Source of the DNA: a virus
Taxonomy: Duplodnaviria; Caudoviricetes
DNA: 64,000 nucleotides
Virus record (IMG/VR): IMGVR_UViG_3300020420_000671
Direction: 5' to 3' (one strand)
Each line of letters starts with the position of its first letter. Position 1 is the stretch's first letter. Under the pieces are notes generated by a model. That model was not told the DNA's origin and made no database searches. It was given only the letters and a program-made list of their open reading frames with translations. Of the stretch, positions 35,316 through 44,696 are shown piece after piece. The position numbers were made by a program, and so were the translations under genes.

Positions 35316-35323
35316 TATAAATA
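35316..35323 (+). promoter_or_regulatory. T4-type late promoter TATAAATA
   Basis: Exact consensus 5 nt before ATG 35329. Confidence 0.6.
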
Positions 35324-35328
35324 CTGTT

Positions 35329-35613
35329 ATGCTAGTAACAGACATCACATCTACGGACCTAAACGAAAAACAGATCTGGGGCAGACGAGGTAAAAAACTT
35401 GTCAGAAAGTATAGATGTACCTCTGGACGTCGTAAAAATAGGATCGTCGCTAACATGTCTCAGTGCTTTGCCGCACCTAATATGAAGGCAAGGATGTCAA
35501 TGAAAAGAACCAGAGCTAGACTAGGCGCAAGGATTGTTAGAAAAGCACAGAGAACGAAAAGAACAAACCCAGCATCAATAGCATTAAAAAGACTTAACAG
35601 GAGAATCAAATGA
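35329..35613 (+). CDS. highly basic protein, paralog 1
   Basis: QIWGRRGKKLVRKYRCTSGRRKNRIVA..SQC. Confidence 0.75.
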   Translation: MLVTDITSTDLNEKQIWGRRGKKLVRKYRCTSGRRKNRIVANMSQCFAAPNMKARMSMKRTRARLGARIVRKAQRTKRTNPASIALKRLNRRIK

Positions 35614-35930
35614 TAATTTCCGAAATAGTTGATGAAGGTGCTGTACAGATATTCGGTAGGAAAAAAGGAAAAGTTGTTCGTAAATATAGATGTACCAGTG
35701 GACAGAAAAAAGGCAGAATTGTCGCAAAACCACAAACCTGTAGTAATCCTATAAGGGTTTCGAGCAGGATAAGTATTAAAAAGGCAAAAGCTAGACGTAG
35801 TCCGTTAATTAAAGTAAAAACAAGATTCACTAAAAGGACAAGTCCTACAAGTCAAAGGTTACAAAGATTAAATGTATCTAGACTTAAACCAACAAAGCGT
35901 TCTATCAAAAAAACAAAGAGAATGAAATGA
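35610..35930 (+). CDS. highly basic protein, paralog 2
   Basis: QIFGRKKGKVVRKYRCTSGQKKGRIVA..QTC. Confidence 0.75.
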   Translation: MIISEIVDEGAVQIFGRKKGKVVRKYRCTSGQKKGRIVAKPQTCSNPIRVSSRISIKKAKARRSPLIKVKTRFTKRTSPTSQRLQRLNVSRLKPTKRSIKKTKRMK

Positions 35931-36418
35931 GATTGAAAGAATTCAAAATAGATGAAAGACAATATCTAAAAGAAAAATATCCTCATTTGACTGAAGAACA
36001 ATTGGACGAAATACTTCCGGCAATAGGAGCCGCGGCAGGAATGGCAGGAAGATTAGCTGTCAAGGGTGGCATGGCCGCAGGCAGATTGGGAGCTAAAATG
36101 GGTAAAGGAGCTCTTTCATATGCTACAAAAGGAGCCGGTAAGTTACTTACAAAAGGAACTAACCTAGCCAAACAAGTAACAAAAAATGTTACCAAGGCTG
36201 GACAACAAATTGCCACTGATGTAGCAGACAAAGCCGGACAAACTATGCTTAAAGTTGGATCACAGATACCTATCGGAGGACAGACTGTCAAAGTTGATAA
36301 GTTACAAGGTGACGAAGTAACCTTTGCTGATCCTAAAAAACCAGATGCTCCTAAAACCGTAGTAAAGAAAAATAGTCCTATTGTAAAAGCGGCGTTGAAC
36401 GCCTTGATTCCAAGATGA
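35927..36418 (+). CDS. G/A/K-rich hypothetical protein, possible internal head protein
   Basis: MRLKEF...LDEILPAIG. Confidence 0.7.
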   Translation: MRLKEFKIDERQYLKEKYPHLTEEQLDEILPAIGAAAGMAGRLAVKGGMAAGRLGAKMGKGALSYATKGAGKLLTKGTNLAKQVTKNVTKAGQQIATDVADKAGQTMLKVGSQIPIGGQTVKVDKLQGDEVTFADPKKPDAPKTVVKKNSPIVKAALNALIPR

Positions 36419-36624
36419 AAATAAACGAATTAATTACAAGTTTCGAAATACAAAGAAGCAACGAAGAAAAAAGAGTATTAGAAAAATGCTCAAAACAACC
36501 AATACCAATACGTAATTTCGCTGAGAGAGATAGATTCATATTAGATGGCCTAATCCGAAAGGCATTAGTAAGTAAAATAATAGAAGATGATGGATCTGTA
36601 TTGGTAATTGTTAATGAAATATAA
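36415..36624 (+). CDS. hypothetical protein
   Basis: MKINEL start; coupled. Confidence 0.7.
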   Translation: MKINELITSFEIQRSNEEKRVLEKCSKQPIPIRNFAERDRFILDGLIRKALVSKIIEDDGSVLVIVNEI

Positions 36625-37042
36625 CCCACTTTACGTAAAACAGCTAGAAGAAATAATTAGTGCTGGATTAAAAGAAGTTCCTATTCCTTATCAAAAGGGG
36701 AACAGTATTAGAATAAAGCATATGATTGTTAGAAAACATACGAATGGATACAGAGTGTTTGATTGTAGATGTAATAAACATATTGAGACAGTATTCTGTA
36801 AAACTGCGGCTGTTGCTATAGCAAAAGGCCTAGCTGAAAACAAGAATTATCGCATTGATCCTGTGTTATCATTAGATCATCAAGTATCTAAACACTACAA
36901 TGACGCTTTATATGCCAAAAGATCTATGAAAAACGCCGAAAATGAAGATACTAAAACTACAGCAGAGATTAAATACGATATAGCTGTTGATAAGGCTTGG
37001 TCCTGTTTAGACCAATTAGAAAAGTTTATCTTTGATAAATAA
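36614..37042 (+). CDS. hypothetical protein
   Basis: IPYQKGNSIRIKHMIVRK. Confidence 0.7.
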   Translation: MKYNPLYVKQLEEIISAGLKEVPIPYQKGNSIRIKHMIVRKHTNGYRVFDCRCNKHIETVFCKTAAVAIAKGLAENKNYRIDPVLSLDHQVSKHYNDALYAKRSMKNAENEDTKTTAEIKYDIAVDKAWSCLDQLEKFIFDK

Positions 37043-37071
37043 ATATGTAGTTGCAATACAAGGAATAAAAC

Positions 37072-37857
37072 ATGCTAATAAATGAGTTTTCAAAACCAGT
37101 CACGCTTGAATCCTTAAATGAGAATCTAGCACAAAGATTTGGACAAAAAATAGATGTATCTAAGTTCACACGTGAGCAACTTGAAGATGCCCGTAACAAA
37201 CTTAGAACACAAATATCACAAATAGAAACTAACGAAAGTTATGAAGCTGTAAACACAGACTCATATCAGAAAAGCAAACTATTCCTTGATATCATAAATC
37301 AAGCAATTGATGAAATGGACAGCTCATCAGAAAACACAACTCCTGAAACAGAAGAAAAAATAGTTGAAGGCGCAGAGGAACAATCAGCTCTTGTTATGGC
37401 CGCAAAGGACATGGTAGACAGAGTTACAGGCTGGATGGAAGACACAGCAGAAATGCAGACTGAATCTATGCTAGAAATAGGCGATAAGATTAGAGATGAA
37501 TATGGCATTGACAAATCCGAAGAGTTTATTAATACGGTAAAACCGGCACTCGAAGGATTGTTTACTTCATTGGAAAGCACTAGAGACTCCTTGACAGGTG
37601 GCGTAGCTATTTTGACAGGAGAAGGCGCACCACAAACAATGGGCGATGAAGTTCCTGCGGAGGAACCAGAGATGGAACCTACAGTAGATGATGAAGCAGG
37701 AGCGGAAGCAGAAGACCCAGTAGGCGACGAGTTTGGAGCATCAGGCCCAGCGGCAGGTGAGGACGAAGAGGCGGATAGGCCCAAACGAGAAAGTGTAGAA
37801 TTAAGTAAAAGATTAGGTTTGCTCTTAGCAGACTCAAAAAAAAAGGCTATAGATTAA
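37072..37857 (+). CDS. acidic coiled-coil protein (scaffold/core-like), frameshift-upstream product
   Basis: 261 aa, E/D-rich, ends just after an A9 run. Confidence 0.75.
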   Translation: MLINEFSKPVTLESLNENLAQRFGQKIDVSKFTREQLEDARNKLRTQISQIETNESYEAVNTDSYQKSKLFLDIINQAIDEMDSSSENTTPETEEKIVEGAEEQSALVMAAKDMVDRVTGWMEDTAEMQTESMLEIGDKIRDEYGIDKSEEFINTVKPALEGLFTSLESTRDSLTGGVAILTGEGAPQTMGDEVPAEEPEMEPTVDDEAGAEAEDPVGDEFGASGPAAGEDEEADRPKRESVELSKRLGLLLADSKKKAID

Positions 37858-38150
37858 GCGAAGACGTCAAAGACAATCTTACCCAGATATTACATCTTAA
37901 GCACAAAGAAGGCGCAACCAGTATAAGCTGGGATGACCTAAATAATTTCCTAGACAACGTAGGCAGTGAACATTACGACAGAGAAAGTTTTGTCAAGGCT
38001 TATAACAATGATCCAAGAGTACAGGAATTGGTATCAAGTTTTGATGAAAATGGTGTGGTGCTTAAAGGGGGCGAAGCACCACAGTCAGAACCAGAAGACG
38101 ATACAGTGGACCAAATGGCTTCAAGAGCCGCAAAATCAGCTTTAAAATAA
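37845..38150 (+). CDS. start-less -1-frame ORF (GYRLSEDVKDNL...SRAAKSALK), probable frameshift extension of 37072
   Basis: 101 open codons; no ATG/GTG/TTG between the in-frame stop upstream and the slippery A AAA AAG at 37839-37845. Confidence 0.7.
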   Translation, partial: GYRLSEDVKDNLTQILHLKHKEGATSISWDDLNNFLDNVGSEHYDRESFVKAYNNDPRVQELVSSFDENGVVLKGGEAPQSEPEDDTVDQMASRAAKSALK

Positions 38151-38199
38151 CACTTGACAATTAAGATAAATTAGTGTAGTATCTTAAAAGAGAAATATA

Positions 38200-38487
38200 A
38201 TGAGCGAACGAACAAAAGAAGAAATAGTAGAAAATATTAATTTCATTGTAGATAAACATATTCAACCTGCTGTAGCACAGCATGGAGGAGTGGTCAAGCT
38301 AGAAGATTTTGATTTGGAAACAGGCGATGCCCTTATGCTTTTATCAGGTGCCTGCTCTGGTTGTGCCAGTAGCAGTATCACACTCAAGTTAGGTGTTGAA
38401 AATATGTTGAAGCATTACATTCCAGAAGTTCAAAAAGTCACTGGTATGGACGATCCAAATTCTACAGTAGATCCTTATTATGTTTAG
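38200..38487 (+). CDS. NifU/NfuA C-terminal domain protein
   Basis: IQPAVAQHGGVV...LSGACSGCASSSITLK. Confidence 0.9.
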   Translation: MSERTKEEIVENINFIVDKHIQPAVAQHGGVVKLEDFDLETGDALMLLSGACSGCASSSITLKLGVENMLKHYIPEVQKVTGMDDPNSTVDPYYV

Positions 38488-38501
38488 AAGTAGGAACATA
38501 A

Positions 38502-39110
38502 ATGGCTTTAATAAACAAAGTAAATGACATAGAGTTTTATGCCGTGCCAAATCAGCATTGGGTGGTATCGGCTTTTTATCCTGACTATAAGGATTTAGAA
38601 AAGTTTTTTGATTTCACAGATATAGATATCAGTGAAAAGACTGCTACAGTAAATGGCCTACAGCGTCCTATCAAGAACGAAGAATGGACCGAAGAAAGAT
38701 CCAAATATATGGATTGGATCTTAGATACATGTAAACAAGCACAAATTCCTGTAACTGCTATTAAAGAAAGACAAAGCAAAGACCAAAGTGGTTGGAACTC
38801 TGCTTGGACTATTAATTATTTTCCAGGCGGTTGGCAGGCAGGACATTTTCATTCTACAGATAGAGCGGCACAATCTAACAAACGTTTTATATCAACAGTT
38901 ATGTTTTTTGATGACATAAAACCTACAAAAGATAATCGTTGGAATGGATGCTTGTATACCTTATTACAAAATCCTTATGGATATACATATGATCATAAGT
39001 TTCACCCAAAAGCAGGACAAGTAATAATGATGGATGATAGGGTATGGCATGGAACTTATCCTACAGAAGACAATCGTAGAGTTTTTGTAAGCGATTTTGA
39101 TGTAGAATGA
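38502..39110 (+). CDS. 2OG-Fe(II) oxygenase-like protein
   Basis: WQAGHFH...VWHGTYP double-stranded beta-helix motifs. Confidence 0.7.
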   Translation: MALINKVNDIEFYAVPNQHWVVSAFYPDYKDLEKFFDFTDIDISEKTATVNGLQRPIKNEEWTEERSKYMDWILDTCKQAQIPVTAIKERQSKDQSGWNSAWTINYFPGGWQAGHFHSTDRAAQSNKRFISTVMFFDDIKPTKDNRWNGCLYTLLQNPYGYTYDHKFHPKAGQVIMMDDRVWHGTYPTEDNRRVFVSDFDVE

Positions 39111-39289
39111 CAAAATTAGTTTTTATATTGATGCTTATGAATGGAACCGAAGTTGAAGGGGAAAAGCAATATCCCAGTATGCAAAAGTGTAGTTGGTATG
39201 CTAAAAGTATTAATCAAGAAAGTGATAGATTAGCAGGAAGATATTCTGCTTGGTGTAAACCAAAAATAGTAACAGTGAATGAAAATTAG
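39107..39289 (+). CDS. hypothetical protein
   Basis: 60 aa, two Cys, coupled. Confidence 0.6.
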   Translation: MTKLVFILMLMNGTEVEGEKQYPSMQKCSWYAKSINQESDRLAGRYSAWCKPKIVTVNEN

Positions 39290-39527
39290 ATATTACAAAG
39301 ATTTAAGTGGTTTAAGATGGGTTGGATTTGCTTTGGCAATGATCGGTGCTTTTATCTTATCAAACGCAGATGTGAATACACAATGGATGGGTTGGGCAAT
39401 AGCAACTATGTCTTGCTCCATTTGGGTTTACATGGGAATGAGAGACGGAGACATTCCAAGAGCATTAATGGAATTTTGTTATCTCTGTCTTGCTCTTAGA
39501 GCAATTTATAACTGGGTGTTAGCATGA
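39279..39527 (+). CDS. three-TM membrane protein
   Basis: Hydrophobic helices, Trp-rich. Confidence 0.65.
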   Translation: MKIRYYKDLSGLRWVGFALAMIGAFILSNADVNTQWMGWAIATMSCSIWVYMGMRDGDIPRALMEFCYLCLALRAIYNWVLA

Positions 39528-40201
39528 CATTAATTAAAAACAAATATGACTATCAAGAGATCAAAAAGAAAAGTGTTGAAGGCAAAAGACTATATGCTTG
39601 TCCAGATGGCAATGCAGTCGCGAGTGTCACAACAATATTAGATGCTACTAAAGATAAAACACATCTTATAGCATGGCGAAAGAGAGTGGGCGAACAGAAA
39701 GCTAAGGAAGTAGTTACAGAAGCATCTGGGGTTGGTACAAGAATGCACAAGTACCTAGAAGATTATGTTGAATCAGGAAACTGGGGGCAACCAGGATCTA
39801 ATCCTTATGCGAAACAAGCACACAGTATGGCAAAACAAATTAAAGATAATGTAATGAGTGATGTAGAAATATGGGGGAGTGAAGTACAGCTTTATCATCC
39901 AAAGATTTATGCTGGCACTACAGATTTAGTTGGTACATATAAAGGACAACCAGCAATAATGGATTTCAAACAAACAAACAAACCTAAGAAAGAAGAATGG
40001 GTTGAGGATTATTATCTACAGCTTACAGCATACGCCCTGGCTCATAATGAGCTCTATGGTACAGAAATAAAAGAAGGACATGTATTCATGTGTTCTAGAG
40101 ACTTACAGTACCAGCAATTTGATCTATTGCCAGAAGACTTTGCTAAATGGGAGTCTAAATGGTGGGATAGGGTTTATGAGTATTACGACAAATACGCATA
40201 A
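39524..40201 (+). CDS. PD-(D/E)xK exonuclease (phage exonuclease V/Cas4-like)
   Basis: SVTTIL, GTRMH, YAGTTDLVG..IMDFKQT and YYLQLTAYA motifs. Confidence 0.85.
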   Translation: MTLIKNKYDYQEIKKKSVEGKRLYACPDGNAVASVTTILDATKDKTHLIAWRKRVGEQKAKEVVTEASGVGTRMHKYLEDYVESGNWGQPGSNPYAKQAHSMAKQIKDNVMSDVEIWGSEVQLYHPKIYAGTTDLVGTYKGQPAIMDFKQTNKPKKEEWVEDYYLQLTAYALAHNELYGTEIKEGHVFMCSRDLQYQQFDLLPEDFAKWESKWWDRVYEYYDKYA

Positions 40202-40226
40202 ATACTATTGAATTAAGGAGTATACA

Positions 40227-41846
40227 GTGGCAGTCGTACAGATATCCAGAATACAAGTAAGAAGAGGACAAAAGAATCAAGGTTCAGGTGTCCCTCAACT
40301 ATCTGGCGGTGAATTTGGTTGGGCAGTAGATTCAAGAGAGTTATATATAGGAAATGGATCAGTTGCTGAAGGATCACCAGCGGTAGGTAACACAAAAATA
40401 ATTACAGAGCACGATGATCTTTTTACATTAGCTAATACATACACGTATTTAGGAGGACAGACTGTACAAACAGGACTTACTTCTACATCACCTGTAAAAA
40501 GAACATTACAACAAAGATTAGATGAACTTGTATCTATAAAATCATTTGGAGCTCCTGGTGATGGTTCAGACCAAACCATAGCAATTCAACGTGCTATAGA
40601 CCAACTGTATATTAATAGCTCTACAAAAGGCACAGAAGAAAGCAGAGCGACACTTTACTTTCCTCCAGGAATATACAAAATTACAGCAACTATTTACATA
40701 CCACCGTTTGCTACGATAGTAGGAGCAGGTAAAGATAAAACAAAATTTAATGTAACAAACAACGTTGTAGCATTTCAGACAGTAAATGAATCAAGCACAC
40801 CTGGTAACTATGCTAACGATAGTTCTAGCACAACAGTAAACCAACCAAGACAAATTGTATTGAAAGACTTTACAGTTGCCACTACACAAACAACACAACC
40901 CGTATTAAAATTACAGAGTTGTAAAATGAGTAATTTTGAAAATATAAGAATCACAGGACCTTGGACGACAGGAACAGCTATTACCCGAGCAAACGCAGGT
41001 TTAGAATTAAGTTCATTAAGTACAGTGGTTTGTACACAAGAAAATAAATTTGATCATGTAAGTGTAAATGGAATGAGTGTTGGTGTTGTCAGCGACGATG
41101 ATGCTTACAATAATCATTTCCATTGTTGTTACTTTACAAACTTAGGACAAGGTGTTCAATTTGGACAAAACACTACACTTGGTTCCCAAGGACAAACAAC
41201 AGGTCCAAGTAAAAATAAATTTGGATTCAGTGAATTTAAGAACATAGATAGAGAAGCCATTGCTATTCAAAATGGCTCAAACAATTTCAGCACCCATAAT
41301 AATTTTGAAAGCGTGGGTAATGTTGGAGGCACAGAAGGCAACGCTCAATATAGTGTTATTGATTTTGTTGTTCCTGGTAATTCTTCAGTTGAAGATTCAT
41401 TTACAAGGACAGCAGATCTTTCCTATGGACAAACTTTTATAACAAACAAACCGTACATTTCTGAAATAAAAGGTTATGTCAACGCAACTTTAGGCGGGTT
41501 TCATAACTTGGAAGTATCAGAAACTTCTAGCTACACATACTTTTTCAGGCTACCAGGCGACTATACTAGGACTTATGAAGTGGATTACTTTTACAACAGC
41601 TCATTGGTAAACGCACAACGAAGTGGTAAAATGACTTTTCAACTAGATCAATCTACTAGTTCTGTAAATTTTATAGATGACTACGATTACCAAGGAGATA
41701 GCAATTACGAAACTGCTATGAAGTTTCAAGCTAGTTTGGTAAACACAGATGGCATATCTTCGGTTGACACAATCGTGGTTTCTGTGTTAAACTCTGTTAC
41801 AAATGATACAGGAAGATTCACTTTTAAGATCAAAGTATTGGGATAG
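40227..41846 (+). CDS. virion structural protein with beta-helix (pectate-lyase-like) region
   Basis: MAVVQISRIQVRRG, QLSGGEFGWAVD and VSIKSFGAPGDG...LYFPPGIYKIT motifs. Confidence 0.7.
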   Translation: MAVVQISRIQVRRGQKNQGSGVPQLSGGEFGWAVDSRELYIGNGSVAEGSPAVGNTKIITEHDDLFTLANTYTYLGGQTVQTGLTSTSPVKRTLQQRLDELVSIKSFGAPGDGSDQTIAIQRAIDQLYINSSTKGTEESRATLYFPPGIYKITATIYIPPFATIVGAGKDKTKFNVTNNVVAFQTVNESSTPGNYANDSSSTTVNQPRQIVLKDFTVATTQTTQPVLKLQSCKMSNFENIRITGPWTTGTAITRANAGLELSSLSTVVCTQENKFDHVSVNGMSVGVVSDDDAYNNHFHCCYFTNLGQGVQFGQNTTLGSQGQTTGPSKNKFGFSEFKNIDREAIAIQNGSNNFSTHNNFESVGNVGGTEGNAQYSVIDFVVPGNSSVEDSFTRTADLSYGQTFITNKPYISEIKGYVNATLGGFHNLEVSETSSYTYFFRLPGDYTRTYEVDYFYNSSLVNAQRSGKMTFQLDQSTSSVNFIDDYDYQGDSNYETAMKFQASLVNTDGISSVDTIVVSVLNSVTNDTGRFTFKIKVLG

Positions 41847-42272
41847 ATGCTAGGAAACAAGTTAGAAGATAAGATAAAAGTCTGGAAAAATCTAAGAAAC
41901 AAATTAGAAGACCATCCAAGACCATTTGATGCTTTGGTACAATATTGTAACAAGCTACATGTTTCTGCTAAGAAAACTAATGCCTGGGATCCAAAGGCGA
42001 AGATAGAACCTTGGCACTTGATAGAGAAAGATGAATTTACTGAGTATGAAATCGCACAACTTATGGCATATACTTTACAGTTAACCGATAGGTTTAGTAG
42101 TGCGAACATTGAGATACATATCAGTAAGGATACACAAAAAGACAAATTGGTGTACCTTGTATATCTAGACAGAGGAATTATTTTGGGATACTACAACGAA
42201 GCAATTACTGTTGATGAACTTCCAAAACATGTTGTCTCACAAAAGATATACAAGTTGCCACCGCTCCACTAA
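41847..42272 (+). CDS. hypothetical protein
   Basis: 141-aa ORF. Confidence 0.7.
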   Translation: MLGNKLEDKIKVWKNLRNKLEDHPRPFDALVQYCNKLHVSAKKTNAWDPKAKIEPWHLIEKDEFTEYEIAQLMAYTLQLTDRFSSANIEIHISKDTQKDKLVYLVYLDRGIILGYYNEAITVDELPKHVVSQKIYKLPPLH

Positions 42273-42298
42273 ATATTTTTTATTATGAAGGAAGTATA

Positions 42299-44638
42299 AT
42301 GAAGGAAGATATACATATCAAAAAGCGAGACGGAAGCAGAGTTCCGTTAGATATACAAAAGATTCACAAGGTTGTAAATTTTGCCTGCGAAGGATTAGCA
42401 GGAGTATCAAGCAGTTTAATACAAATGAACGCAGGTATACAATTTGCTGACGGAATGACATCAAGAGAAATACAAGATTTATTAATAAGATCAGCAAACG
42501 ATCTAATCACATTAGAAAATCCCAACTATCAATATGCCGCGGCAAGATTATTATTGTACGGAATTTATAAAGATGTGTTTGGTGGATTCGAAAAGATTAC
42601 ATTATATGAAATGGTTACAAGAAATATAGAAAGAAAAGTTTACGACTCAGCTATTCTTGATATGTACACAGAAGAAGAGTTTGACAAGATGGAAAAATAT
42701 ATCCATCACGGAAGAGATGAAAACTTTACCTATGCTGGACTTAGACAGATAGTAGATAAGTATCTTTGCCAGGATAGAAGTTCATCAGAGATATATGAAT
42801 CACCGCAACACATGTATATGATGATTGCCGCTACATTATTTGCTAGGTATCCTAAGGAGGATAGGTTACACTATGTAAGGAGATATTATGACGCGACCTC
42901 ACTTTTTAAAATTAATATCCCAACGCCAGTCATGGCCGGTGTCAGAACGCCTATTAGACAGTTTGCTTCGTGTGTCCTTGTTGACAGTGACGATACCCTT
43001 GATAGTATCTTCGCAAGTGATATGTCGATTGGTAGATACACGGCACAGAGAGCAGGCATTGGAATCAACGCAGGGCGTATCAGAGGAATCAACTCTAAGA
43101 TCAGGGGAGGAGAAGTAGCACACACAGGAGTAGTCCCGTTCCTAAAAAAGTTCGAAGCTACTGTAAGGTGTTGTACTCAGAATGGTGTACGTGGAGGAAG
43201 TGCTACAACTCATTTTCCTTTTTGGCATCAAGAAATTGAAGACATCCTAGTCTTAAAAAATAACAAAGGCACTGAAGATAATAGAGTACGTAAGTTAGAT
43301 TATTCTATTCAGCTTAATAAAACTATGTATGAGAGGTTGCTCAACCAGGGCGACATTACTCTTTTCTCGCCACACGATGTGCCAGGCTTGTACGAAGCAT
43401 ACTTTGGAGATGCTGATGAATTTAAAATTTTATACGAAAAGTATGAAAAAAATACAAAGATAAAGAAGACAAAGATCAGTGCTATGAATTTGTTTTCAGC
43501 ATTGGTAAAAGAACGTGCTGAAACAGGACGTATCTATATTATGAATGTTGATCATGCCAACAACCATAGTTCATTTAAAGATACTGTATACATGAGTAAT
43601 CTTTGTCAAGAGATTACACTTCCAACCAAACCCTTACAACACATCGACGATGAGCAAGGTGAAATAGCACTTTGTATTCTATCAGCAATCAATGTAGGTG
43701 TAATTAAAGAGTTAGATGACATGGAGGATCTTTGTGATCTAGCAGTAAGAGCATTAGATGAAATTATTGATTATCAAAAATATCCTGTAAAAGCCGCAGA
43801 AATATCTACAAAGGCAAGAAGAAGTCTTGGGGTAGGATACATTGGTTTAGCACACTATCTTGCGAAGCATGGATGTAAGTATTCAGATAAGAAAGCATTA
43901 ACAAAAGTACATGAGCTTACAGAAGCATTTCAATACTATTTGTTGAGAGCAAGTAATCAATTAGCACAGGAAAAAGGTCAATGTGAGTATTATGATCGCA
44001 CTAAATATAGTGATGGCATACTGCCTATTGATACATACAAAAAAGAATTAGATGATATATGTTCTATAACATTAAAATATGACTGGGATGATCTTCGCAA
44101 GAGCATTGGACTTTACGGCCTTAGGCACTCAACATTGTCCGCACAAATGCCATCGGAGAGCAGTTCCATTGTGTCGAACGCAACCAACGGAATCGAACCA
44201 CCTAGAGGGTTCTTGTCCGTTAAGAAGTCAAAAAAAGGGCCTCTTAAGCAGATTGTTCCACAGTATACTACGTTAAAGAATAACTACACATTACTTTGGG
44301 ACATGCCAAGCAACGATGGTTATATCAATATAGTAGCAGTAATGCAAAAGTTCTTTGATCAAGCTATTTCAGGAAACTGGAGTTATAATCCTACACATTT
44401 TGATAATAATGAAGTGCCTATGAGCATAATGCTCAAAGACTTGTTAAATACATACAAGTACGGTTGGAAAACTTCTTACTATCAAAACACTTACGATTAT
44501 AAGACTGATGGTGATGTAGAAGAACCACAACATCCTTTGGGCTGGCACGACAACGTGAAAGAGAATCCAGTTGAAAGGACAGAATTTAACGGTACCGATG
44601 AGGAGTATGAAGAATATTGTGACAGTTGTGCTATTTAG
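42299..44638 (+). CDS. nrdA: class Ia ribonucleotide reductase alpha subunit with ATP cone
   Basis: IKKRDG ATP cone, FASCVL, SNLCQEI, AQMPSESSS; uninterrupted. Confidence 0.97.
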   Translation: MKEDIHIKKRDGSRVPLDIQKIHKVVNFACEGLAGVSSSLIQMNAGIQFADGMTSREIQDLLIRSANDLITLENPNYQYAAARLLLYGIYKDVFGGFEKITLYEMVTRNIERKVYDSAILDMYTEEEFDKMEKYIHHGRDENFTYAGLRQIVDKYLCQDRSSSEIYESPQHMYMMIAATLFARYPKEDRLHYVRRYYDATSLFKINIPTPVMAGVRTPIRQFASCVLVDSDDTLDSIFASDMSIGRYTAQRAGIGINAGRIRGINSKIRGGEVAHTGVVPFLKKFEATVRCCTQNGVRGGSATTHFPFWHQEIEDILVLKNNKGTEDNRVRKLDYSIQLNKTMYERLLNQGDITLFSPHDVPGLYEAYFGDADEFKILYEKYEKNTKIKKTKISAMNLFSALVKERAETGRIYIMNVDHANNHSSFKDTVYMSNLCQEITLPTKPLQHIDDEQGEIALCILSAINVGVIKELDDMEDLCDLAVRALDEIIDYQKYPVKAAEISTKARRSLGVGYIGLAHYLAKHGCKYSDKKALTKVHELTEAFQYYLLRASNQLAQEKGQCEYYDRTKYSDGILPIDTYKKELDDICSITLKYDWDDLRKSIGLYGLRHSTLSAQMPSESSSIVSNATNGIEPPRGFLSVKKSKKGPLKQIVPQYTTLKNNYTLLWDMPSNDGYINIVAVMQKFFDQAISGNWSYNPTHFDNNEVPMSIMLKDLLNTYKYGWKTSYYQNTYDYKTDGDVEEPQHPLGWHDNVKENPVERTEFNGTDEEYEEYCDSCAI

Positions 44639-44696
44639 AGATTGACATATAAGTCTTATGATAGTATAGTAGTTACACACGTAGAGGAAAATAAAA

